This document shows positions 9,381-18,782 of a stretch of 64,000 nt of DNA, one piece after another; within the stretch, counting starts at the first letter, position 1, and every line of letters begins with the position of its first letter. This DNA is from a virus (Duplodnaviria > Heunggongvirae > Uroviricota > Caudoviricetes): positions 75,576 through 139,575 of the IMG/VR virus record IMGVR_UViG_3300050187_000003. One strand, given 5' to 3'. The notes beneath the pieces were generated by a model. The model was given only the letters and a program-made list of their open reading frames with translations, was not told where the DNA came from and made no database searches. The translations under genes were made by a program, and so were the position numbers.

Positions 9381-10307
9381 ATGCATGTGCTGGTGACCGG
9401 CGCGGCAGGGTTCCTCGGCCGGGCTGTCTGCCAGGTTCTGGCCGACCACGCCCACCAGGTCACAGCCCTGACCCGCAGGGCACACCGACCCCTGCCCGGC
9501 GCACACAGGCAGTTGATGGTTGATCTGCAAGAACACTGGCAACTACAGACCCTGCGGCTCGAAGACAACGTGGACGCTGTCTGCCACCTCGCTGCGCTCA
9601 CCCGTGTCCGCGACAGTCGCGCTGACCCGATCGGCTACTTCGCCACCAACGTGGGCGGCACCGTACACAGCCTGGAGGCTGTCACCGGTTTCAAACCGAT
9701 CCCGGTGGTTCTGACCTCCACCAGCGCCGTTTACCAGCCCGGCTACTCCGGGAAACTCGACGAGGACACGGAGACGTCGCCCTGGTCGAGCCCATACGCG
9801 GCATCGAAGCTGGCTGCCGAGCAGGCTGCCCACTGGTGGGCAGAAACTGGTGCCGGCGGTGTGACGGTGCTGCGGTTCTTCAACCTCGCCGGAGCCGTTG
9901 ACGGCCACGGCGACCCCGACCGGACCCGCATCATCCCCGCCGCCCTACAAGCCGCCGCCGGCCACATCCCGTACCTGACCGTCAACGGCAACGGCACCGC
10001 CACCCGCGACTACACCCACGTGCTGGACGCGGCCGAAGCCGTCCGGCTCGCACTAGACACCACCAGGACGGGGAAAACCCGCACATACAACGTGGGCACC
10101 GGCCAAGGCGTGTCCGTCACCGACATCATCGCCGCGGCAGAACAGGCCACCGGCCGGGCGATCCCCGTCGAACGCCGGCAGCCCGCCGCAGAAGCCCACA
10201 CGCTGATCGCCGACGCCCGACGCATCCGCCAAGACCTCGGCTGGGAACACACCCGGTCCGACGTGGCGACGCTGATCGGCGACGCCTGGGCAGCAACCAG
10301 CCGCTGA
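9381..10307 (+). CDS. NAD-dependent epimerase/dehydratase, UDP-glucose 4-epimerase-like extended SDR
   Basis: GAAGFLG Rossmann motif, HLAA, STSAVY, YAASK (YxxxK), RFFNLAG, RDYTHV. Confidence 0.9.
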   Translation: MHVLVTGAAGFLGRAVCQVLADHAHQVTALTRRAHRPLPGAHRQLMVDLQEHWQLQTLRLEDNVDAVCHLAALTRVRDSRADPIGYFATNVGGTVHSLEAVTGFKPIPVVLTSTSAVYQPGYSGKLDEDTETSPWSSPYAASKLAAEQAAHWWAETGAGGVTVLRFFNLAGAVDGHGDPDRTRIIPAALQAAAGHIPYLTVNGNGTATRDYTHVLDAAEAVRLALDTTRTGKTRTYNVGTGQGVSVTDIIAAAEQATGRAIPVERRQPAAEAHTLIADARRIRQDLGWEHTRSDVATLIGDAWAATSR

Positions 10308-10320
10308 CCCGAGACAGCGT

Positions 10321-10354
10321 GAAGGCCCGGCACCGTGGATGGTGTCGGGCCTTC
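10321..10354. terminator. hairpin between convergent genes
   Basis: GAAGGCCCGGCACC-gtggat-GGTGTCGGGCCTTC. Confidence 0.7.
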
Positions 10355-10371
10355 ATCGTCGTTGCCACCTC

Positions 10372-11994
10372 TTACCCGGCCGTGGTCTCCCACGGCCACC
10401 CCGCATCCCGGCCCGCCTCAAGCAAAGGCACCATCCGAAACGCCGAATCGTTGAGCCCCCCGAACGTGTGCCGGTTCCGACCCGACGGAGCATGGCCATG
10501 CTCATAGCCGGCAAGATTCCACGTGTACATCGGCACATCGCGGGGAACCGACGCAGACACCTCCGTGATGTCGCTGCCGGCCTGCTCGTCGGTGACGATC
10601 ACTACCCGGTCATGACCGGCAAAGTGCCGGCGGAGTGCCGCCGCAGTTGCCGTGCCGCCGCCGAGGAACCAGCCGCCCGACTTCCACCGCTCGACCGCCC
10701 GAAGCAGCGACTCTCCACCTTGCAGCGGGAAAGCCTTTGTGTGGGCGCCGTGCTGATCTCCCCAGTGGCGTGCGGTCGACGAAAACGACACCACCTCCGC
10801 TGAGGCGCACCGCTGCGCCAACGCCACCCCGAAGATCACGGCAGCGTCCCAGCGTCGGAGGGTGCCGTCCTTCGAAAACCCGGCGTTCATCGACGTCGAA
10901 GTGTCGACCAGAACCAGCGTCCGGCCCGGTAGGGCAGGCACGTTCGCCACCGCATGCCCGAGGGCCTGCTCCAGCGGCCAAGCCCAGCGCAGCGACCGGG
11001 CCGCCCGGTACGCGGACAGGAACCGCATCGGCAGTTGCCGCGAACGCGTCACCTGCTCCGGGTCGGCGAGCTTCGCAGCAACCTGGGCTAGGCGCACGCC
11101 GTTCGGGACCCCGGCATCGTCGAAGTTGCGGAGGTTCCGCAGCAGCGCCATGTACCCCATCGACGGAACCAGCGCAGCCCACAGCCGCGCCTTGTTGACC
11201 TTCGACCCAACCGCCGACAGCGCGTCTTCCCACGTCATGCCCGCCTCCCGCAGCACATCCGGGTTCAACCAGTCGTCGAGGCTCCCGTCCGCGCGCAGCC
11301 GTGCGTTGCGGTGCAACATCTGCAGCTCGTCGGGGATGCCGTTGTCCCGGTTGTGCCGCCGGTCCAGCGCGTGCCCATACAGCGTGTACCGCCACGACCC
11401 GCGCACCTCCGGCCGGTGATACGCCGGCTGCGTCAAGTCGATGACGTCACCGAACCGAACCGCACGGTCACGGCCGTCGTACTTCAACAGCGACCGCTCC
11501 GTGTACAGCCGCACCACCGCATCGGCAACACCCCGCTTCACGGCGATCGGGATCTTCCGGCCGTGCCGCTGCAGCCAGTAGGCGATCAACTCGCCCGGCT
11601 CGTCTGCGCGCTGCAACGCCGCGTCCACGATCTGACGGCCGCCGCCCGGCAACCCGGCCGCCTGTCGGCCCTTGACCGTCTCCGCCGCCACCACCAGGGC
11701 GGCCGACCGCATGTTCACCTCGCCGCGAAGCCACCGCACGAACCCGACCATCCAGTCAACGTCAGCAACGGCGACCTCGTGAACAAGTTGCTCGAACCGG
11801 GTATCCCGATGGTCGGCAGTCTCGTAGAACGTGGTCTCGCCGACCATGTTCGACACAGCCAGCAGAAACAGTTCACTCTTCGCGGCGCGCGCGTACCCGG
11901 CGCCGCCTTCGTAGGTCAGCCCGGACGGCACCTGCTCGGACACGACCGGAGACGCCACGGCCGGCTTGACGGTGCCCTGGTTGAACTTCGCCAT
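10372..11994 (-). CDS. rsr: Ro60/TROVE-domain RNA-binding protein
   Basis: TROVE motifs TYEGGAGY, ELFLLAV, R..NMRS, MGYMALLRNLRN, PMRFLSAY; vWA MIDAS-like VDTSTSM and VTDEQ; Y RNAs directly upstream. Confidence 0.95.
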   Translation of the reverse strand: MAKFNQGTVKPAVASPVVSEQVPSGLTYEGGAGYARAAKSELFLLAVSNMVGETTFYETADHRDTRFEQLVHEVAVADVDWMVGFVRWLRGEVNMRSAALVVAAETVKGRQAAGLPGGGRQIVDAALQRADEPGELIAYWLQRHGRKIPIAVKRGVADAVVRLYTERSLLKYDGRDRAVRFGDVIDLTQPAYHRPEVRGSWRYTLYGHALDRRHNRDNGIPDELQMLHRNARLRADGSLDDWLNPDVLREAGMTWEDALSAVGSKVNKARLWAALVPSMGYMALLRNLRNFDDAGVPNGVRLAQVAAKLADPEQVTRSRQLPMRFLSAYRAARSLRWAWPLEQALGHAVANVPALPGRTLVLVDTSTSMNAGFSKDGTLRRWDAAVIFGVALAQRCASAEVVSFSSTARHWGDQHGAHTKAFPLQGGESLLRAVERWKSGGWFLGGGTATAAALRRHFAGHDRVVIVTDEQAGSDITEVSASVPRDVPMYTWNLAGYEHGHAPSGRNRHTFGGLNDSAFRMVPLLEAGRDAGWPWETTAG

Positions 11995-12027
11995 CAGTTA
12001 CTCAACCCCTTCGATGAGGGGAAGGAG

Positions 12028-12183
12028 AACTTCATGGGTTGCCCGACAACAAGGTCGGCGGCGGTGACAAGCTGCTCTGCCAGTTGAGCTACACAGGCCG
12101 AAACCTGCGACGGGACTCGAACCCGCACCCGCCCATTGTGAGTGGAAGTAACCGCTACCTGCACTTCGGGCACCCATGAAGTT
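12028..12183 (-). ncRNA. yrlA: YrlA-type Y RNA with a circularly permuted tRNA-like domain
   Basis: Closing stem AACUUCAUGGG/CCCAUGAAGUU; Ro-binding helix CCGAAG...UUGUCGG. The T arm (GGGUUCGAGUCCC) precedes a loop-capped acceptor stem (CGCAGG/CCUGUG) and then the D arm (UAGCUCAACUGGCAGAGC). Confidence 0.85.
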
Positions 12184-12191
12184 GTGTTCCT

Positions 12192-12254
12192 CCCGACAAC
12201 TGGTCGGCGACGGTGTCTATTCGCTGAAGAAGTAACCGTCGCCAGCACTTCGGG
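12192..12254 (-). ncRNA. second, short Y RNA without a tRNA domain
   Basis: CCCGAAGUGCUGGCGACGGUUAC...ACCGUCGCCGACCAGUUGUCGGG; shares its 5' and 3' strands with the YrlA stem. Confidence 0.75.
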
Positions 12255-12260
12255 AGTGCT

Positions 12261-12719
12261 TCAGACAAGGTAGCACCGTGTGACAGGTGAGGTCGACGGG
12301 GTTAGCTGCCGAATGTGGCGGCCGACGAGACGCATCCGCCGCAACACCCGATCCGCCCGGATCAGCGTCGTCTCACCCACCTCAACCCAGCCGACCCACA
12401 TCCCGCCGCCGTGATACTCCCCAAGACACGAACACTCACAGTCGTCCCCGGATGCGTCCCGGCATCGGCGGTCACACTTCTGCGCAGTTGAGAACTCGGC
12501 GTCCACGTCGACCGTCCCGAACCGGTCCACCAAAGCGTCGACCAGCACCCCGAAGTGGGCGCGGGCGATCATCCACCGGCGGCCGGATTTGTTCCACACC
12601 GGTTGGATGCGGGCGCCGAGAGTGCGGTGCAGCCAGCGGCGGTTCGCCGGGTCGTAGGGCATCCACAGCTGGATGCGGTCAGGGGCGAGCGGCCGGTAGA
12701 CGGTGGGAGGGGCGGCCAT
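12261..12719 (-). CDS. hypothetical protein with a Cys/His cluster
   Basis: KCDRRCRDASGDDCECSCLGEYHG. Confidence 0.65.
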   Translation of the reverse strand: MAAPPTVYRPLAPDRIQLWMPYDPANRRWLHRTLGARIQPVWNKSGRRWMIARAHFGVLVDALVDRFGTVDVDAEFSTAQKCDRRCRDASGDDCECSCLGEYHGGGMWVGWVEVGETTLIRADRVLRRMRLVGRHIRQLTPSTSPVTRCYLV

Positions 12720-13270
12720 GGCGGGGCTATCCCGTCAGGTTGACGGCGGTAGACCGCCAGTAGGTGGCCGATCGTGGACACAGTCGGCAGCCACCCACCA
12801 GCGGCGAGCCCTCTGCCGGCGCCCACGGGCCGCCTTCGCCCGCAGCAGGCGCCGTCCGCGCGGCGCTCAACCTGGACCACCGAGGCCGGCGGCGGGGCTG
12901 CGGTTCGCGCCCGTTCCACCTGCACCCGCTGCTGCCCGACCCACCAGTCGTCATTCCCGTACTGGTCGTCGTCGTGACAGTCGTCGTAGTCGCCCGGAGA
13001 CCAGCCGTCCGGACACAACCGGTCGAGCGCCTGCTCCAGGTCGCCGTCAGGTTCGACCCGCACGTCAAGCTGGTTGCCCTCGCTGCCGGAATCGACGTGT
13101 TCCCGCATGCGCCACACCGCGGCAGCCTGCGCCGCCGTCAGCGCGCCTTCTACGGCGAACGTCCGCCGGCCGGCCGTGATCGCCGCCCCTGCGGCACGCA
13201 GCATCGCCGCCACAACCGTCAGGTCCTCCACGCCAGGAACCGAGATCAGGATGCGTTCGGCGGTCACGCC

Positions 13271-13672
13271 TCAGCCCTCCTCGAACGGGATCACCGGCAG
13301 ATGCTTCCAGTCCCCGTACGCGTCCGGCTCAGCCGTGAACACATAACCGCCACAGTCGACCGCGAGCAGCAGTGCCGCAGCGGCATCGACACGGCCCAGG
13401 TCCCGAACCAACCCGGCCAGCGCCCGCCAGTCCTGCGGATCTGTGTCCGCGACAACGACGTGGGGATGCGACGTCAGCAGCACCACCCCGTCAAGTTGGT
13501 TGTCCGACAGCGGCGGTTTACGGCGGTGCACCTCAGCCAAACAGGCGAGAGGCACACCGATGCGGGCGTTCTCCTCAGCTACCTCGGCGACGATTTCCCC
13601 GACGGGCAGCGAGGTTCGGGCGTAGGCGCCGATCGCTGAGGTGTCGAGCACGATCCGGATCGGGCCGGTCAT
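13271..13672 (-). CDS. vapC: PIN-domain toxin, VapC-like
   Basis: IVLDTSAI, LAEV, VDAAA; start overlaps the antitoxin stop codon (ATGA). Confidence 0.8.
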   Translation of the reverse strand: MTGPIRIVLDTSAIGAYARTSLPVGEIVAEVAEENARIGVPLACLAEVHRRKPPLSDNQLDGVVLLTSHPHVVVADTDPQDWRALAGLVRDLGRVDAAAALLLAVDCGGYVFTAEPDAYGDWKHLPVIPFEEG

Positions 13673-13938
13673 GCGGGCCGGCGGAGGCGGTGCAGTTGGT
13701 CGCGGAGGGCTTCCCGCCGAACGGCGGGCCATTCCTGGTCGGCTTGGGCGAGGCGCTGGCGGGCGCGGGCACGGCCTTCGGGGGTGGTGGTGAACCCTTG
13801 TTGGGCGAGGATCTGGGAGGTGTTCTCCCGGTTCATCCTTTGCCGGACGGCTTCGGTGACGTAGGCGGAGGCGTTGCCTTCGTGTTGGAGGCGTGCGGCT
13901 ACGTCGTCGGGGAGGCTGACTGTGACCCGCTGCGTCAT
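13669..13938 (-). CDS. vapB: ribbon-helix-helix antitoxin, VapB-like
   Basis: MTQRVTVSLPDDVAARL...NASAYVTEAVRQRM; leaderless TACCCT-N6-ATG. Confidence 0.8.
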   Translation of the reverse strand: MTQRVTVSLPDDVAARLQHEGNASAYVTEAVRQRMNRENTSQILAQQGFTTTPEGRARARQRLAQADQEWPAVRREALRDQLHRLRRPA

Positions 13939-13956
13939 ACCCGCAGGGTAGCAGGC

Positions 13957-14436
13957 TCATACCCCGCTGGGCTTGTTCCCGGCGTTGGCGACACCCTGCG
14001 ACGTCGGCGGCAACAGGCCAACCGCACGTGCCCTGGTAATCAGGTTCGACGCGCCACCCTTACTCAATCCGAAGTGCTCCGCGACGGCCTTCACCGGCGG
14101 CCGGTGATCCTGCACAGCAGCCCGGTACATGTCGGCGACCGCCTGAAGCCTGTCAAGAGTTGACTTCCGCAGCCCTCGGACGGGGGTTGCTGCCGGCATC
14201 ATCGTTGTCCGGTCCTCGGCGATCCACTCGGCGACAGGCAGAGGGCGCAAGACGGTCGAGACGCCCAACACGATGGGCTGTCCAGTACGAGCGGGTTGGC
14301 TGATTTCCAGGCCCACGCACTCTGGTCTGCCGTCGATGTCGTCCCAGCGGAGGGTGACAACCCACGGTCCTTCTTCAGGATCCGGCCACCAATGTTGGGT
14401 GGTCTGCAGCCCGCGCGGTGGGGAGGTCACTGCCAC
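13957..14436 (-). CDS. regulator with a C-terminal HTH (DUF6214-like)
   Basis: LQAVADMYRAA...PVKAVAEHFGLSKGGASNLITRARAVGLL; the true start may be GTG at 14430 (TACGGT-N6). Confidence 0.75.
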   Translation of the reverse strand: MAVTSPPRGLQTTQHWWPDPEEGPWVVTLRWDDIDGRPECVGLEISQPARTGQPIVLGVSTVLRPLPVAEWIAEDRTTMMPAATPVRGLRKSTLDRLQAVADMYRAAVQDHRPPVKAVAEHFGLSKGGASNLITRARAVGLLPPTSQGVANAGNKPSGV

Positions 14437-14634
14437 ACCGTAGACGACTTCAGGGGGAGCAGATCAACTTCAAGGTTGGGTCGCTTCCGTGTTGCACCTA
14501 CGTCTTGCCTGTTCAGTGGCTATCCGGGCACGTGGTCCGCAACCGGCGTGCCCTAGTCCCTGCCAGCCAAACGCAAACGCTTTGCACAACCATTGCATGT
14601 TGCGGGCGTCTTGAGTTTCGGGCAGGATGATCCC

Positions 14635-14886
14635 ATGACCGACGACCACACCATCCTCATCGCCGCTGCCCGGCGACACGCCACCTCCGGCAGCGGCAAG
14701 ACGATCCGGGAAACCGCACTGCTGTCACGGGCAGAGATCGCCGCTGTCGTCGGAGTGGACGAGTCCACCGTCTGGCGGTGGGAGCAGGGCCAGCAGGTGC
14801 CTCGCGGGAAGCGGGCCGTCAAGTGGGCTCAGGTGCTGGAGCGCATCGACGGCTACAACCAGCGGCTCGCTGCGGCAGCAGGCTGA
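14635..14886 (+). CDS. XRE/Cro-like HTH regulator
   Basis: IRETALLSRAEIAAVVGVDESTVWRWEQGQQVPRG; divergent from 13957-14436. Confidence 0.85.
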   Translation: MTDDHTILIAAARRHATSGSGKTIRETALLSRAEIAAVVGVDESTVWRWEQGQQVPRGKRAVKWAQVLERIDGYNQRLAAAAG

Positions 14887-14984
14887 TGCCGTCAAAAACA
14901 ACGGCCCCGGCTGGGTCTCTCACCACCCGCCAGGGCCGCACCGCCCGAACCCTCACGCCTCGACAGCGCAGAACCGGACCTTCC

Positions 14985-15398
14985 ATGACCGACGATACCC
15001 GTACACCCAGCCTTACGGCAGGGGTCACTTTGAACGCGGTTGCCGCGTTGGTCGGCGGCCAGGAGACGTTCACCCGCGAGCAGGTCGCCTACCTGATCGC
15101 GTTGGCCTACCGCAGCGGCATGGCCGCCAGCTACGAGGAGGACGTCGCCGAACTGCACGTCTCGTGGCAGACCCGAGCCGAACGGCAGCGAGTGTACGAA
15201 CGGCGGGTCGCCCAACGAATGAAAGAAATGGAGGCCGGAGCCGCACGGGAGGCGTCCCGTAGGCGTTCGGTCGTCTCGATGCCGGCCGGGCCGTGGCCGC
15301 CCGTCGTCAAACCTGGCACCGGACGCAACTCGGACCGGAGACGAGCGCAGTCACCGGCCCCCGACGGTAGCCGCAGTAGCGGTGGGGAAGCCGCATGA
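14985..15398 (+). CDS. hypothetical protein
   Basis: MTDDTRTPSLT; coupled to the DUF3987 gene by an ATGA overlap. Confidence 0.6.
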   Translation: MTDDTRTPSLTAGVTLNAVAALVGGQETFTREQVAYLIALAYRSGMAASYEEDVAELHVSWQTRAERQRVYERRVAQRMKEMEAGAAREASRRRSVVSMPAGPWPPVVKPGTGRNSDRRRAQSPAPDGSRSSGGEAA

Positions 15399-16971
15399 CA
15401 CTCACCCCCTACCGGTTCGACTGGTCTGATGTTGGCCTCGACGACGGCCCGGAGGCCATCGGCGGCGACGCCTCGGTCGACGACAACGGCGGGGCAACCC
15501 CGTTCGTAGCCGGTACCGGCTACGCCCGACGGTTCCCCGTCAGTACCCTGCCGGCACCGATGCGGGACTACGCCTGCGACCTCGCCGTACGCAAACAGGT
15601 CCCCGTCGACCTGCCCGCACTTACCATGATCGGCATCCTCAGTTCCGTGGCCGGGCCACGAGTCACGATCCGCCGCGACCTGGACTGGCGGCAGCCCACC
15701 AACCTGTACACCGCCTGCGCACTGCCCTCCGGCGCCGGAAAGTCCCCGACCGTTGATGAGCTACGTCGCGGGCTGTGGAAGGCGTCGAAAACCCTCGCTG
15801 CAGCCCACGAACGAGCCGTCGCCGGCCGGATCGTGGAACTGACCCGGCAGGTTGAACAGATGCGCAGCAAGGCCCTCGACGCCAGCACCCACCCCGACGA
15901 GCGGGACCTACTACGTACCCAGGCCAAGGCGTTGGAGAAGGAAGCCGACGACCTCGCGGCCGAACCACCTCCGACGCCGGAGATGGTGTTCGACGGTGAC
16001 ACCACCCCTGAGGCGTTGGCTACCTCGATGGCGGCGAACTACGGGGCGGCAGCGGTTATCGACGACGAGGGCACGTTCCTGCGGAACCTCGGCGGCCAGT
16101 ACACCGGAGGCAAGACCGGCAACCTCGGCCTAGTGCTGGTCGGCTACGACTGCCGCTACTACCGGCCGCGGCGGGTTACCCGGACGGCCGAGCCGATCAC
16201 CCGGGCCGCGCTGGCGTTGGTGATCTCGCCACAGCCGGGGATCGTCGCCGACATGATGTGCGGAACCAGGTCATGGAGGAAACCGGCCTAGTGAACCGGT
16301 TCCTGGTGTGCGTTCCGGGGGAGTTGACCGGCTACCGACAAGAACGGCCCTCGACCTACTACCGGGACGCACCCGATGTACGACCGGACCGTGCCGGCCG
16401 TGACTGGTGGGCCACAGTCCTGAACTCGGTCGTTGAGTACGACATCATCGGCGACACCAACCTGGACGATGCGCCGACTATCGAACTGACGCGGCAGGCA
16501 TGGGAACTGCACCGCAGCTACGAACAGCAGGTCGAGCTTCGTCTTCGCCCGGCCGGTGACCTGCATCGGATCAGTCCGTGGGCGACGAAGCACGTCGGTC
16601 GGGTGCTGCGCATCGCCGCCCTGTTGCACCTCGCTGCTGGTAGGAGCACCGACGATGAGTTGTCGGAGGCGACGATGCGGTCGGCGATTGAGATCGGCGA
16701 GTGGTCGGTGGAGCACTTCCTCGCGGCCGGTTCGGTTGTCGGGTTGACGACGGAGGCCGGCCTGATCAAGGAGTACATCGACGGTACGGAGCTGGGGTTC
16801 GCTACTCGGACGGTGATCGCCCGTGAGGTGTTCAGGGGGCATGCCTCTGCTGCGGAGATCACTGCGTGGATTGACGAGTTGGTGGCGGCTGGCGAGTACG
16901 TGCGGGATCGGTTGGCGACTGAGGGCCGGCCGAAGGAGATCGTTCGGAGGGTTGGGGTCCGTGCGGGGTGA
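15395..16971 (+). CDS. DUF3987/YfjI-like P-loop replication protein, split by a frameshift near 16257
   Basis: FPVSTLP, TNLYTACALPSGAGKS (Walker A), DTTPEAL, DDEG, GLVNRF. ORFs 15395-16291 and 16258-16971 join if one base is restored in ATG(G)TG. Confidence 0.8.
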
Positions 16972-17370
16972 GGGGGCTTTTTACGCTTCGTACGCAGGCT
17001 GCGCAGAAAGGGGTGCCGGCCGGCGTAGGTGCTCTGACCTGCGTTTTTGCGCCGCAGGGGACCCTTGTTGCGCTTTTTACGCTTCTTACGCAGGGGTGTG
17101 CGCAAGAAGGGGTGCAGTTGATCTTGCCCTACACACATTGTCCACTTTTCAAGATCTATCTATCTATCTCTATATAGACAGGTCAGAGGCGCTGCCCGGC
17201 CAAAGTCGCGTCCTGCCGGCCCGACCGGGCAGCCGCAACCGCCCGCAGCTATGCGTAAGAAGCGTAAAAAGCGCAACAAGGCAAGGGCGGGCAGCGTCTT
17301 CGCAGGTCAACCAGCACGCCAACCCGCGCGGCACCTTGCGTAAGAACCGCGTAGAAACCGCGCACTAACC
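16972..17370. other. putative replication origin
   Basis: Perfect 30-bp inverted repeat (17063-17092 / 17252-17281), further partial copies, and an AT-rich TATC-repeat core near 17145-17178; lies between two replication genes. Confidence 0.55.
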
Positions 17371-17393
17371 ACCCGCAACCGACAGGAGCCGCC

Positions 17394-18782
17394 ATGCGCT
17401 ACCTCGACCGCATCACCGACCAAGACGCCACCCCACTCAACTGGCTCACCGAAACCCTCAACGAGGCCACCGCCCTACACGCCCAGGTCGGCTACCTCGA
17501 CTGGGCAGGCTTCCAACTCATCGCCGCACCAGCACAAGACATGCTCGACCGGGGCGGCAGCCTCCGCATCGTCGTTGACGCCCGAAACAACCTGCCCCGA
17601 CACGGCGACCTCAAACAGATCCTGGAACGCCTAGCCCCGTACGGCAAACGCGCCACCATCCGACTCGCCCAGGACGCCATGCCACTGCACTCCAAGGTGT
17701 TCCTCATCAACGACAACGCCGGATCAGTGCATGCCCTCGTCGGCTCGGCGAACCTGACCCGCGCGGGGCTCACCAAGAACTGGGAGTCCTGCATCGCGCT
17801 CGGCCCCGCAGACGCAGCTACCGCCGAAGTGCGGGCTGCGGCCGAGGCGTGGGCCAGCCACCCCTCCTGCGTCACGGTCGACGTCGGAGTCCTCTCGTCA
17901 CTGGTCACCCCTGACTCGAGAACTGGGGCAAGCGTCCGAATCGGAGCCGACCTACAGTCGGTCCTTGACCACATTGAGCAGGTCGCCGACGGCGTACGCG
18001 GCGGACTGCCCACCGGTCTCGCCTCTCTTGACAGCCTGACCGGCGGACTGTGGCCAGGAGAGATGATCCTCATCGCTGGGAGACCTTCGATGGGCAAGAG
18101 CACCTTGGCACTCGACATCCTCCGGCACACAGCTATCGGCCGTAGCCGACCTTCTGCGATGCTCTCGTTCGAGATGAGCCGTCCTGAGATCCTGAAAAGG
18201 CTGATATCAGCTCTAACGAAAATCTCGGTGCACTCCATGCGGACCGGCAAGCTAGCCGATTTCGAGCGGGAGCGGCTCACCAATCACATGGACGAGATTG
18301 CAAAACGTCCGCTGTTCATCAACGACAGTTGCAGCCCATCGATCAGACATGTCGCAGCCGAAGCCCGACGCCTGGTCGCGGAGGAGGCAGTCGAACTGAT
18401 CGTCATCGACTACGTGCAGCAACTCAACGCCGACCGTCGCGTGGACAGCCGGCAGCACGAGTTGGCCGAGGTATCGCGGGCGTTGAAGCACCTCGCCCGC
18501 GAGTTGCAGATCCCGGTCATCGTTGTGTCCCAGCTGAACCGAGGTCCCGAGATGCGAAACGACAAGCGGCCTCAGCTGTCCGACCTGCGTGACACAGGCG
18601 GCCTGGAACAGGACGCCGATGTGGTGATCCTGCTGCACCGGCCGGACTACTACGACAAGGAACACGTGCGGGCCGGCGAAGCCAACCTCATCGTCGCAAA
18701 GCAGCGCAACGGGCCAACCGACTTCACGACTGTAGCCGCGCAGCTTCACCACTGCCGCTTCGCCGACATGGTGGGCTTGTGA
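17394..18782 (+). CDS. PLD-family (HKD) nuclease domain fused to a DnaB-like helicase C-terminal domain
   Basis: LHSKVFLIND...VGSANLT...NWE; then AGRPSMGKST, SFEMS, VIDYVQ, SQLNRGPE, SDLRDTGGLEQDADVV, AKQRNGPT. Confidence 0.9.
   Translation: MRYLDRITDQDATPLNWLTETLNEATALHAQVGYLDWAGFQLIAAPAQDMLDRGGSLRIVVDARNNLPRHGDLKQILERLAPYGKRATIRLAQDAMPLHSKVFLINDNAGSVHALVGSANLTRAGLTKNWESCIALGPADAATAEVRAAAEAWASHPSCVTVDVGVLSSLVTPDSRTGASVRIGADLQSVLDHIEQVADGVRGGLPTGLASLDSLTGGLWPGEMILIAGRPSMGKSTLALDILRHTAIGRSRPSAMLSFEMSRPEILKRLISALTKISVHSMRTGKLADFERERLTNHMDEIAKRPLFINDSCSPSIRHVAAEARRLVAEEAVELIVIDYVQQLNADRRVDSRQHELAEVSRALKHLARELQIPVIVVSQLNRGPEMRNDKRPQLSDLRDTGGLEQDADVVILLHRPDYYDKEHVRAGEANLIVAKQRNGPTDFTTVAAQLHHCRFADMVGL

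Noticed and set aside
12070-12130. tRNA gene (T-loop GGTTCGAGTCC and D-arm present)
   Set aside because: The T arm precedes the D arm, the acceptor stem is closed by a loop, and there is no anticodon arm or CCA end. This is the YrlA tRNA-like domain, not a tRNA.
12569-13267. 232-aa ORF between vapC and the Cys-rich gene
   Set aside because: The N-terminal half looks coding but the C-terminal half is low-complexity and overlaps the next gene. The boundaries cannot be supported, so it is not listed as a feature.
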